From Iphione sp. A-MEVVRFRX5 (taxonomy: Eukaryota), in assembly GCA_976226885.1 (NCBI GenBank), contig OZ320315.1, forward strand, positions 81,530,001-81,594,000: 64,000 nucleotides of DNA, written 5' to 3'. A program made the translations under genes and the position numbers. This document shows positions 12,326 through 24,870 of this stretch, piece by piece. Position 1 is the first letter of the stretch; each line of letters opens with the position of its first letter. The notes under the pieces are model-generated. The model was not told the origin of the DNA. It saw only the letters and a list, made by a program, of their open reading frames with translations, and made no database searches.

Positions 12326-15300
12326 CTGAAAGTGATAACCACGTGCCAGTGAATACTGACTGCGAGAACACAACCATCGAGTGATAAAAACATTATAAAA
12401 GCTCGTAGCTGAAATATATGTACTGCAAACAAATACCTTTGCATTTTATGGCCAATTGGGAAAGTATGATCCTTAAAGGTATGACTATAACTTGTCCGTT
12501 CCTAGTTTAGACGCAACGTACGCGACCGTTATGTGTATATATATAATAAATTTGAGAAATGGCATCTTGAAGACATGCAAATGTACATATGATAGAGTAG
12601 ACAACAAGATTTACGACAATGCGTGAAACTAACGATGGAATTTCACTAATTAGACAGAAAACAAACAACAACAAAAAGGTATGCGTGTGGTAAGTGACCT
12701 AAAATTTCACCCGTTATTACTAGAATCTACTCACTTAATTTCTAATAGTGGTTGCAAATCAGGGGGAAGGCTCCGATGTCGACGTTTCTCCCGTCTACCA
12801 TTGACCATGATCAGCTTAATCCTAGTTGTGGCTTGGGCCTAAACCTATCAATGGTTAAGATGTTATGCTGTTGAACTGGTGCTGTCTGGGTATCCTTGTG
12901 TTTTCACCACCTTTGAAGAAGGTTCTCTAAACAACGGGGTAGAGGGACTCTCTTGGGCCGGGAGAGATTTAAGAGCAGGTCCACGGTGCCAGCGGCAGAG
13001 CGAATTACGCCGGGAATTCAGCGATCAAGCAGGGCAGGCGAGCGGAGCGTGGCTCCTGTCAGAAGTCACCCGCTGACCCTGACGGGGCTCCAGGGGTAGA
13101 CCAAGGTCGGCAGGTGGCGGGCGGTTGCACGAATCAAGTGGCCTGTCAGTAGTCCATTTAGCTCTCACAGATAAGCAGAATTTACCACCTGGCCGAGCAG
13201 GGCAGTGAGTACGACCCCAGCGATCAGAGCCGCCGGCAGCATGAATGAGGTAAGGGGTAAGGTGACCATGAGCTTTTGCCCCCCCCCCCCTTCCTCCCCA
13301 TCCCCTCTTCCTGGGATTGAGAAGCTGAGCGCGAAAGCCCACGAGACGAAGGAGCCCACCCCGGACGTAGCTAAGGCTCAACACCCTGCAGACAAGATCA
13401 CATACTTATGGCCACCCTTCTGTAGATGGTTGAGTCGATGCTCTGGCTGGACAAAACGTCCGCATTTGTCAAATGGCAAGGAGACCCTGTAAAGTGGCCA
13501 TGTCAGGCACTAAGAGTTTTGCTTACATCGGCAATGCAGGCACCAGAGGTCGCCACCATCGGCGTCACGTGGGTGTTTAATGTATGTACTTTCCCACAGA
13601 TGGGACATCGATCGCAGCAAGTCTTGCTGCACGATACGCCTCGAAAAAATGGGAACTGCAATTAGAAGGGCCGTTTTAGCCAAATACGGTCAATGCTACA
13701 TCTAGCTATTTTCTTGTTTTCTCCGAGCAACAAGTATTTGAGGTCGGCGAGGGTAAGGATAAATGTCTACCTTTCCGGTATGTTTTCCTATAGACGCACA
13801 TTCATCCCCCAGAGTATGAAATAAACGACTCGCCTGCCACCAGGAGGAGTAGGAGAAGGACGGAGTAAATGTACACACATGTAGACGTAGAGGGCATGCT
13901 CTGAGAGCACACACACACAGACACACAAACACACAGACGACTGTGACTATAATGGTGTCGACGATGATGCGTCCCTCGGGAACCAGACCGGACATGGTAA
14001 TGCTATTGGCGCTTAGCCTAATCGGTTGCCGTTGATATCATCTGTGGCGCGGGACATCCGCTTCAATCTGCCTCGCGAGCCATAGAAGACGGGCTCCATG
14101 AGATTGGCACCGAGAAAATACCAACCCGCACGTAAATGCAACCGGGGATGACACGCACTGGCATTCATCAACGTGTCTATCCTGATGTCTCTATCATCTT
14201 AAAGAGCCTGCCCGGTCTATTTGCGACAACATTGAACGTTTTCCTTATCCGGTTTTTCCACTGATGCCATTAGGTATTCCCCACCAAAAATTCCTGGCAT
14301 GTGCGTACATTTATGGGAATAACAGATAAAAAAGAATATAAATCGATTTACCTGTGCATGTTCAGATACATACAAGGCAATAGTTTTCTTTTCAACCTTT
14401 TGAAAGCTTCGATAGAAGGGAAGAAGTAGCTTTATATCCTCGTTTAAATATATATGGATGTGCTTTGATGTAATTATATGTAAATAAATATATATACACC
14501 GGTATATAAGAGAACTTACAGTAGACATATAGACAATTGTACGTGTAGGGATGGAGTTTTCCTTAGTCCTTCTTCCCACCCAGAGTATAACCCCTGGGCG
14601 AATGGTCCATTACTGCGTCAAGGCCAGCTGCGACTAGAACGGGCTGTTGTTTGCCGAAGCCGCTCTGGCCTGCCAGCCGGCCATTCCAGCTCATCTTCTG
14701 CCAACCGTGGCTCGACACTTTCCTAGCCGACAGGTGTTTGGTCCACAGAGATCAGCACCTTCGACTCTAACACGACTTGGACCTTACAGTCTGCAAAGGC
14801 TCTCCAATGTGGCTTAATTACATGAGACAAGCACACCTGACCCGAGGCGCTGTCACGCTTTGAAGCCAATGGGAAGTGAACACGAACATTCGGCTCCACG
14901 GCCATCCTTGGCCGGTAGAGAGACACAGTATTATCGTTTGAGTACTGTTTTTATCGGTACAATATTTCCTTAACTGCAAACTGCAAGCTTTGAATTGCAT
15001 TTTAGCAGACGTAAATTCAGGGTAGGGTTCCACGGATCAGGTCGCCGGCGCGCCACCTGGACCCAAGCAAAGAAAACATATCTGGGCTATAGTGGCGCAC
15101 TCTGGTGTGTGCACAGTGAGACACACGCCGGAACGTTTCTTTCCGGAGATTCGCCCGTAAAGTTAATCTCAAAGGGCTGTTCTGTATGTGGGTAAATAGA
15201 TTACATCTTCGGAAAAAAGGGGGAAAAGGTAGTTCATCGGAGACGATTCGCTACTGTCTATTCCCGCCGCGACAACGAGCATCCACTTACATGTATATAC

Positions 15301-16383
15301 AGCTGAGTGTGTAACGGAGAAAGACAGCACTGCATGCAGTATTACGACTTTTTTGGCTTTTGAATACTCGTTTAGACTGTGTTTAGAAATCGATCAATGT
15401 AGATGGTAGTAAAAACAAAGCATCAAACATACGCATGAGTAGGGTAACAAAATGTTCTGTACACCTTGCTGGTGACAGGGAGTGTGTGTAAACTTCTGCT
15501 GATTTTGACAGGCGAGAGAACGAGTGTATTGTTTTGTGCTAGTATAGTCATGATTGTCGGCAATCTTGACGAGCACAGCCATTATTCTGCTCCTGTATTG
15601 GTATCCTCACACCCTTCGCTCCCTTCTCTCTTTTAACATCAAGCTCTTTTCAGCCCCACCCATCTTAGTTTTTTGTTCCTTTCGACAAAATTGGATGGTT
15701 CATCGCAATCCACGTGGTCTATTATGGGGGCGTAGCAAACGTATTGTACAGGTCTCAACAAATGACCCGGAATTTTCCAATCTAACCTGTAGATGGAAGG
15801 TGCAAATGAATCAAGCCCCCTTAATCAAGCGCTCCTTATTGAAGCCACCTTGTTTTTTTATGTACGAGACGTGACACCATTTTCTAGGCTGTCCCGTGTG
15901 CTTAGGCTGACGTCCGCCCGTGATTTGTCGTTATCCTGAACCACATTTGTCCTGAGCTGTATGGTTGTGACACCCCGAAGCCGGCTGCTGGCGACCGGCT
16001 ACAAAGGGGGAAATACCTGTCAGAGGATGAGACGACTCACTTACACTCAAAAAGAGCCGCGCCGGATCGCTATCCGTCATTGTCTCGGCGGTGCCCACCC
16101 TCGTGCCGTTTGATTTAGTTTAGCCCATCTAGCTCCGTGTGGTGCGCTTTTCTTGATTGAAACGCTAGTTCTAAAGTGGTGAGCAGTGAAGCTCGTATGC
16201 ATTCTTGAATATATAGGAGTGAAAGGTCAGCAGACAGATCTCTGTAAATAAGTTGTTTCCATTGGCTAAGAGAGCTGATTGTTCTCTATTCAGTTTTAGG
16301 AAAACAAAATGGTAGCCATCTTGTCAGTTTAGATTTTTAAGAGAACAAGCGCCTTTGGCCCCTGCATTGGTTGTAGTGGCTTC

Positions 16384-16530
16384 NNNNNNNNNNNNNNNNN
16401 NNNNNNNNNNNNNNNNNNNNNNNNNNNNNNNNNNNNNNNNNNNNNNNNNNNNNNNNNNNNNNNNNNNNNNNNNNNNNNNNNNNNNNNNNNNNNNNNNNNN
16501 NNNNNNNNNNNNNNNNNNNNNNNNNNNNNN
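16384..16530. other. Assembly gap (147 N)
   Basis: Run of n characters. Confidence 1.
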
Positions 16531-19500
16531 AAGGGGCATGGTTCATTTAGGGTAGAGGTGGTCAGAGTTTTAGGAAGGGATCAAGGTACATGCTGTGCTG
16601 GGGGAGCCTGATTTGAAAATGTGCACCTGAAATGATATTCCTACTCAGTGTGAAGAAAGTAGGGTCACATATGACAATGCTTTTTAGTGATACATATTCT
16701 ATATACATGTACACAAAAGATGAATACTCATCATACATTTGCCTTACAGTATCCTTCTGGCTCAATCAGTAGAAAAATAATGTGTTTTTGTAAAATCACA
16801 TCAGCAGGCCGGACATACTTCCAGGCAATATTTTATATAGATAGTGTAAATGTGGAATAAAAAGAGACCTTTAGACACCAGAACAAGTAAACGGACTAAA
16901 TTGAGCACATCTGCACATGTCAGAAGCATTGTAAAGGAGGTATAAGGGTTTAATTCTTTAGTAAACCGAACTCATACTACTTTCTCAATATGGCAGTCTG
17001 TTTACACCATACGAATAAGAAACCTGTAGGAATACAGAAATTTAGGTTATTTTTGCAGGAAAATAAACAGTAAAATCATTTTAGACCAGTATTTAAATAT
17101 GTTTCCTCATCAAAGCTCATCTGATTGACCACTGGAACCTCAGGAAAAGATTGTCCTTTCCCTTGGTTTTCACGCTCAATCAGACAGCTTCCAGTCAGAG
17201 CCATACTTAAATGCTTAGACTGCACTGCTGTATTAAGTACAGAGCAACTTAGCCTACATGTAGCAAAAGAAGATTAGGTGGGTAACATCCCTGTCTTATT
17301 GTTTTTTCCTTTATGGTTTTGCCCTTATCACTTAGCTAGAAGTTTCACAATGATCCCTTTTAGCTCGTTAAACATTCAGTGATGAAAACCAGTAGAAGCT
17401 TGATAATTGGATTGTCCTTTCTCGCAAATCTAAAAAGCATCTTAGACTTTCTGCCTCACGGTTTACAGACTTGTGATATGTACTAATGGCCTTTAGCAAC
17501 GTGCATGTAGGCTCGCTTCGGGTAAGGTTGGGGTTAAGGTTAAATCTGCCTGATGTTAGAGCTGCGATATGCTGATGTATTAATTAAACCCTGGATGTCG
17601 AATTATTGGACCTGCCATCATTCGCCGCTGAGCTAGCTGCTACCACTCCAATAGTACGCGCATGTGCCTCTCTTTGTATTGCATCTATAACCTTTAATAT
17701 AATACCCTATAGATCGCATTTATCATATAAAAGCTCCACCATTGAATAGTAGACAACATGAAATCTTGTATATCTAAGTGAGGTATTACCTGTATTTGAG
17801 ATGAACTATAGATTACGAGGTACAATTTTATGTAATGCCATGAGCACTCTCATTTTAAGCTATTAGGCCTACTACCATTGCTCGGTAATGCTCATTAGTT
17901 TAGTTAAATTTAGATTTTGTTTAGGTAATTTCCATTGGCCCAGTCTTCTCATATAAGGTATCTAATTATAAGACCAGTATCTCAATTATCTTTCATCTTG
18001 ATCGTGATTGAGTTTGAGCTTTGTATACATTAAACTCTACACAGCTAAATGTCGAATGACTGGACCGGAAGTCTTGGCTATGGAGCTAACTTCACATATT
18101 TCCGTCGTTCAAGCATGCGGGACACGTATGTTACAAAATAGATATTAATTTCAGTTGTGATGTTTTCCGATGTTGACGTCTTTAATGCCCGTGAGCACTT
18201 GGTTTATTCCTCAGGACCACCACTATACATGTGAATCCAATGGCTTATATCTGTTGTACTGGGTTGTGTTTCATCCCTCAGAAGCAGACATTCGATCATA
18301 GTGTTTCTTTTTACCAGCTTCATAATAGGCCACGGACGTAATAGGTGCAATCTGGTAATAGGCAGTGAGATAATTTACATAATTCCACATAGTGAAATTG
18401 CGCAAAGCACAGATAATCACAAAGCCTGATTCCATACTCGTTCCGATCTTCATCGCCAGTCATCCTGCCTGCAGCCTTTCTTTATGACGAGAAAAGTGCC
18501 ATCAAGGTAGGACTCCCCGTGTTTTACACTAATGACGAACATTATCAGCAGGTCCCCTTTTTTTGACTGGTTCAATATTCATGACAACAAGAATGTGTTC
18601 AGATTGTGAAGATACAGTATGATACACACTATTGCATACTGCCAAAATAAAATGAAGGTTCAGTATGGATTATCACATTCTGTCATCGCCAAGTGCAGGT
18701 TCAGCGTGGGTGATTACGTAACACCAATCCCAGTTGGTCAAAGAGTCGTCGCATTTTCTGTAGTCCCTATAGCCGTATTTGCCGGAGGTTTATATCGTTG
18801 GGTGTCATCGACCGCCCAAGGTAGCAGAAGGCGCGAGACAATCTCCCACCCGACATTACGCGAGCTCTCGCCGGAGACTGGAGCCCCTAAAACGTAATTA
18901 AACGCATCCCCTGCTGGTACATACCCCATGGGACCTTGATGTATGCCGGAGACTTCCACATGAAATTGCTTTACACCGGGCCAATGCAAGAGCAAGACCA
19001 AACAGGGACTTGCCCAGTCAGGAAAGCGAGGGCTGAGGGTTGGTGATCTACGGCGGCATATTTATGGTGCGGAGAAAGCCACTGACCTTCACTGGCAGCA
19101 GGAAGAGATTGTAAACATAGGGCGCCTAGAGGTTGATGGTTGGCACTCCGCTGGAGCCAACAATTCAACTCGTACCCGCCACAGTGGTGTGCGATCCGAA
19201 AGGCCAATATGAACTTAATATAGCATCTTTAGCTGCACGTGGAATTGCTATTTCCAAATGAGGCGCCGACAGCTTGAAGCAGCTGGGCTGTCGGTCTATG
19301 CAGTCTCAGAGGTCGCCCTCATTAGTGGATAAACAGAAACTGGGCACATCCTATTACGAGCGTTGATATCATGTTGGGGAATCAGATATGTAAGCGAGTA
19401 GCGGGCCTTTCCATTTCCCGCCCGGCCTTAACGTATTACGCAGCATTCTGAACGGAATTTGTGGAAAGACCGATTCTGATGAATTGATCTGGTAAACTGT

Positions 19501-22500
19501 CTAAACGCTTGAACCTGTAAAGGATCTCCTGTTAACAGTATAAATACTCCAGATTATTTAAGTGTTGCATTCTAAGAGCTTGGTACTTTCATAAATTAAA
19601 TGCCACTGGATAGCCAGTACAAATCCAATAACAATGCAGCATTTGATTGGCATTAACAGGATATTGATCCATCCCCCGATGAGAAGGAACGCCAGGAGAG
19701 TATTTGCTGGGAAAAGATAATCTGATGGCACTTGAGGAACGCCTGACCTTTTGCAATGCCTTGAAGAACACCATTAGGTGGGGCGGGCTTGCGGATTGAG
19801 GCTTCATGTCGACAAGCATGCCTATAACCTTTGTGTTGGTCGTCAGCTAGACTGATCATGAGTGACAAGCTACTCGATAGGTTGGGCAGCTCGGGATACA
19901 GCCGAAGTGATCATTAGAGTGCAAATTAGAGCAAGCAGTCGTCTACAGTGTGAGGCATCCCACACGGAACGACGTATATCCCAGAGCTATGGCATTTGAA
20001 TTCATGCGGCGCCAGCAATTTACCTTGCTGCACGATAAATTTGTGCTCACCAAACGTGTGGTACCGTCGCTCATATATATTATAAATGTATATATATAAT
20101 TATATATGTTTGTGTGTGTGTTTGCGAGGAAAGCAACTTTTGGTTGGTTGGATATTATTCCAACGTAATTTGTGGATGACATCGCTCAGAAATCACCACA
20201 TAGAAAATAAGTTCAGATATTATATTCCCTTTTGCAACGAAAATGTGCACCACTAATAAAGAAGTAGAGAAATACGAACCAAAGAAACAATTAAGGAATA
20301 AAAAGCAGTTTCATCGCCCGGGAAGCGTCAGGTTATTTTAAAGTAAATAAGAGTGGCGTCCAGAAAAGTGAATTACACAACGATCATTCTGTAGGGAAAT
20401 GGAACTGTTGTAAACATGTGGCAATGAATTTTCAGCTACATTCGAAAAGAAAATGATGCCCCATCAAGGACTATAAATAAATACGACTGGAAAATCTTCC
20501 TGTATTTTTTTTTCATAGCTGAGTGTGTCGACAAGAGCAAAAACAAGCTTACGATGCTGACAGCACCCGATGTGTCTGACAAAACATAGCATGCAAGTGA
20601 AAATTTATGAATCCACTTCAAGTGGGCTCTATCTGATAGGATTTAGAAAATATACCCCAACAGAGCCAAACATGTACATGTATACCTGTTCCAGTCAACG
20701 TTTTCGTTTGGCTTGTACATATCATATGGAACTTGTGATAATGAAATGCACCTGGTCCAGTGAAATACATGTATCTATAATATTATGTGCTCGCTCACGT
20801 TTCAAAAGCTGCCCCAATTTTATTAACCGTTCTGACTGAAATGACATTTAAATATGACGGTGACCGTATCTGAATCATACACCCGTATACAGGATTGCTG
20901 CTCTTCTTTTAAGAGCAGTCATATGCCGCCCGAACGATACTGCAACCAAAGGCCGACTACTCAAGCGTTATATACCTTGGTGAGCATGCAATGGAGAGAG
21001 GCCTATAGGCAAAGAACCGACGTGAACGGAGACATGGACGGGAGGGAGTGCCCCCTCGTTGATATGATGGATGACGGCCGTCAGAGGGGCAAGGCCACAC
21101 CTCTCCATCGTACAGCGTGCATTATTAATGCGAGCGATAAGTAATGGCGATAATCAAGGTGATGCCAGTGCGTAGTGGGTAATCCATCTTGCTCGGCGGC
21201 CCGGTATCAGTGTATAGACGCCCCAATGCCTCGGCTCCAGCAAGGGTTCCTCCAAGATGCGGCCCTAGCGCACCACCACGGTCTATTCAGTTCACCCCCG
21301 TGCACAAACCAAAGACATCCTGTCGTTTACGGTCAATGTTGCCTCTGGTGGTCGCCGCGCACATGCGACGGGTGGTGATAATGCCCGGCAGGTCCACCAC
21401 GGCCGGCGTCACTCGGGCTTCCATGAAGAGCGTAGGATACAGGACACTGCCGATTCACAAAGGACACACAGGGAGATGCGAAGGGCAAGAGAAGCCAGTT
21501 GGAAGCCATGGTGGACAAGGCAAGAAGGACATCGCACCGACAGTGTGGAGAGCTTCCTCCTTTGGGGCTATATGGAACGGCCCCGCCCAATCTAAACAAC
21601 TAAGGAAGTTCATTCTTACTCTCTTTCGTGTCAGTATTCAACATACGAAGCTTCATTGTGCCTCTACTCTGAAAGGGCTGATTTTACAAACTTCATAGCT
21701 CTATTGCAGAATCCATCCTTTTTTGGGGCCCTTTGCCCGAAATGCACAAGGTTGATAAAAAAGGGCCCTTTGGTCGACTAACCTAACCCCTGCTAGAGAA
21801 GGTAATATGAAAGTTAGAGCCGACGTAGCCACAGACTTTGATAGTCATCTCCGATGCGTCCAAGAACTAGAGCAAAAGCGGGTTGTACGCTGAAGGCATG
21901 CGGCCAAGGCGGTACGCTAGACAATATGGATCCGTCCAACTAGCATGGGGCATATTTTAGTGTCACCACATCTACCTGACCCCTGCTCAGTGTATGCTAC
22001 ATTGTTAGGACGCGTGGAATGAGCCGAATTTCTCTGGTGTATTAGATTCTTAAAGGGGCAAATATCCACGCTCCTACTACGCGGCATGCAATCCTGTTGT
22101 TACCATTATTTTCACGCTCAACCATTTAAATAAAGTTTTCCAGGGTTATGTATGAAAGTGGAAGAACGTGACTTCAGTGTTCGCCGCGGGTAAACCAATT
22201 TATGCGTGGTGCTTCATACAGAAAAGCCCACCCCCTCCCCCTCTGTTTGCCACCGTCGGATTTCTAGTGCCGTCGGACTAGAGGTTCAGAGGCTAATGTG
22301 TCCGGCTAAGGGCCTTTCCACGGACCCTAATTCAATCGCTGACTCAGCGATTTAGTGAGGCAAACATTTCGTGACCGCAGAGGTCTGTCCTTCGACCTGA
22401 AGCCGAATAACGACGAGCCGCTCTATAAAATGATGCCAGTCGAAGGACCACTCAAAGGCACTAATTTTTTTTTGCACAGCAGTTTATCGCGGACAGTTAT

Positions 22501-24244
22501 AAGAAGCCTTGCTCTACATATTTTGCTCGCGGCCGGTATCCGTAAATGCTACTTCGTCGTTCAGAGGAAAATGAATGGAGTAGCAGTACTTACATATCCG
22601 ATATCAACTGTTTCAACTCGCCCTGTTAATCCGCGTTAGAAATAAATATGTTTAAGGTTCATTGATGATGCAATGGCCGACGATGATTTCGTTCGGCATA
22701 CTAAGTGATATTTTAAGGATGGAGGAGGGGAAAGGTAGTGAAAGAGAAAAGCAGACTTACTGCTGTGAAAGAGAAAGGCAGAGATACTGCAGTCGTGTTT
22801 AAGTGGATGGGTACAAAGGGGCGGTAGAAAGAGGCGAGTATACTCTACATACACGTTAACACCACCCGGCTGAATGTGACAGCTGCTTTCATAGTCAGGT
22901 AGATCTATGCGCTTTGGGCAGCGATTGGTTGGGCGTGAACGAACCCTGTGAAAGGTATGATGGGTGCATGTACATGACGACTCCGTCGCGAAGCCTTGCT
23001 ATCGTCAACTTGCCTTTCAATGAAGAGGTGCAAACAATTCATGTTTACTTGCCTTTCCTGTTGGAGAAATGAACAAGACCAGACGTAATTTGTCGTTCTC
23101 GGAATAGGATGTGAACGTTGTTTTCGTCTCCATAGCGCAGCAAGGGTAGGTTTCGTTTATAGGGTATAGGATATTGGAGGGTCTACCTGTCACCAGATGG
23201 TGCTTGCATGTAACTGCGTCAATTCATACGACAAGCTGACTAGGAATCCGACATGTGTCATCGATTACCACCTAACAATAACCCTGCCGGTCATGACTGC
23301 CTCTGTCATATGCACGCTATCAGTATTTTGCAAACAGCATGAATCCGTGTGCACAATATTAGAATTTTCATTCGTTAGACCATGTCCTAGTGGTCAAAAC
23401 AATTATAACTCCGAATATAAAGCCGTTGTCCGTCTTCGCGTCGCAGTTTTACTGAGCGGTGTCATGATCTATACAATATCCCTGGTAATAGTAATAAAAG
23501 AAGATAAGACGTGAAGCTTCCCACCCGCCTCCCCCGCGGTTGGGGAATGAATTGAGTTGTCAGGTGTCAGTTGAGAACACAGCCGGAGATTGTCCTCCGA
23601 CATTTTGCGGCATCAAGCCGGCGTCCGACACGCAGTCAGCGACATTACATTCCCGGTGCCTGATGCCATCGGTCTCGCTAGGCCGACGGGTGAGAGGTCG
23701 GCCCTTTTCTCAGTCAACTCCTGACACTTGGGTGCAGGACGATGATACATCCCCGGCGAGCAGCTTCATCATGTGGCGAGCCGGGAAGGGGCTGGCGGGG
23801 CCCCCACGTCCGATGGAATGGCGCATCCACTGCTTTAAGCGAGGTTCAAGCTGGCCGGATACAAGGAATTGATCCACACCCTATCTGAAATTGTCGGGCA
23901 CAGGCCACCATCAACCATAGGCACCTTATTCACCCGGCAGTTTTAGCGTGTCTCGGAAAAGCGCTAGGCTATCAGAGCTGATAAACGATGTATCTGTTTC
24001 TGGGCAAAAGGCCACACCGGCTAGTCCGGCACTACGAACGATGCAATTCGGTAAAATCCTCCCTTTAAAATTGGCTTTTTATATTTCAGTTTTGGTATGT
24101 GTTGATTCCAATAGTACATGTATTGTGGTACGGGGTTCCATTTCACAGAAGGATGTGTGTATGCATGTGTAAGGGAAAGATGTTGGAGAGGGAGGGGTAC
24201 TGAAGAATTGATACAAATACAAAATGTGAAAAAACAGATTGTTA

Positions 24245-24870
24245 GTAAGTAAGTAAGTAAAGGTTTAATTCATCCAAAAATCGTCTCGCAGAACTTCCAG
24301 ATGTGAACAAGCATTCTCAATTACATAATTTTCATAATTGATGATTGTAAATCCATTGCATACAAGATTGTGAATTTAAGGGTAAGACATAGACATAGAT
24401 AATAGTACATAGATCATTTCAATTAACAGTTGTGACCACTGAATTGTATTTTGCAAATCTGGAGAGTATCCTAAACTGTTCCATGCAGTCAATGGATCAG
24501 ATGAAAGGGTCCAGGGAGTTCCATTCTCTGATGCCTTGATAGTGAATAGAGTTCCTTATCAGTTCAGTTCTTGGTTTAGGCAAATAGAGAAGTGTAGCAT
24601 CATGCTGTCTTGTGTTTTTGTGATCTTCCTTTGGAAGGAGGTTCAAGAGTTGCATATTGTGTATAATGTTAATGGTAAACATTTTTCTTCTTTGAGATAT
24701 AGTCATCATGTTCAGATATATATGCAAGTAGGTGGAGGATGGCATCTTTCTGGATCGGGTATATTCACAACTAGCCGAGTAGATTACAGCTAGGGCTCTG
24801 TTTTGCAGTCGTTGTAACCTATTCTGTTTTTCTTTTCTACAACAGTTGAGTTATGTGATAGATATTCAAG
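24245..24870 (-). mobile_element. 5'-truncated L2/CR1-type LINE 3' end (C-terminal ORF2 plus 3'UTR and (TTAC)4 tail)
   Basis: The minus-strand translation gives ...QNRLQRLQNRALAVIY...HKNTR...LYLPKPRTELIRNSIHYQGIREWNSL, typical of the post-RT region of these LINEs. The 3' end reads aattaaacc(ttac)4 at 24245-24270. Confidence 0.85.

Noticed and set aside
12043-12384. Plus-strand 113-aa ORF containing KLGHR, reminiscent of SK YKLGHRR
   Set aside because: It is the antisense shadow of the minus-strand exon, which has the splice sites and codon bias; the match is coincidental.
18270-19800. NEYGIRLCDY (APE-like) and GVLQGIAKGQAF (RT-like) on the minus strand
   Set aside because: The domain order is reversed for a single LINE and both matches are weak.
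21189-21698. 169-aa plus-strand ORF, and a VVDLPGII dynamin-like motif on the minus strand
   Set aside because: No G1 or G4 GTPase motifs; a GC-rich patch easily yields such ORFs.
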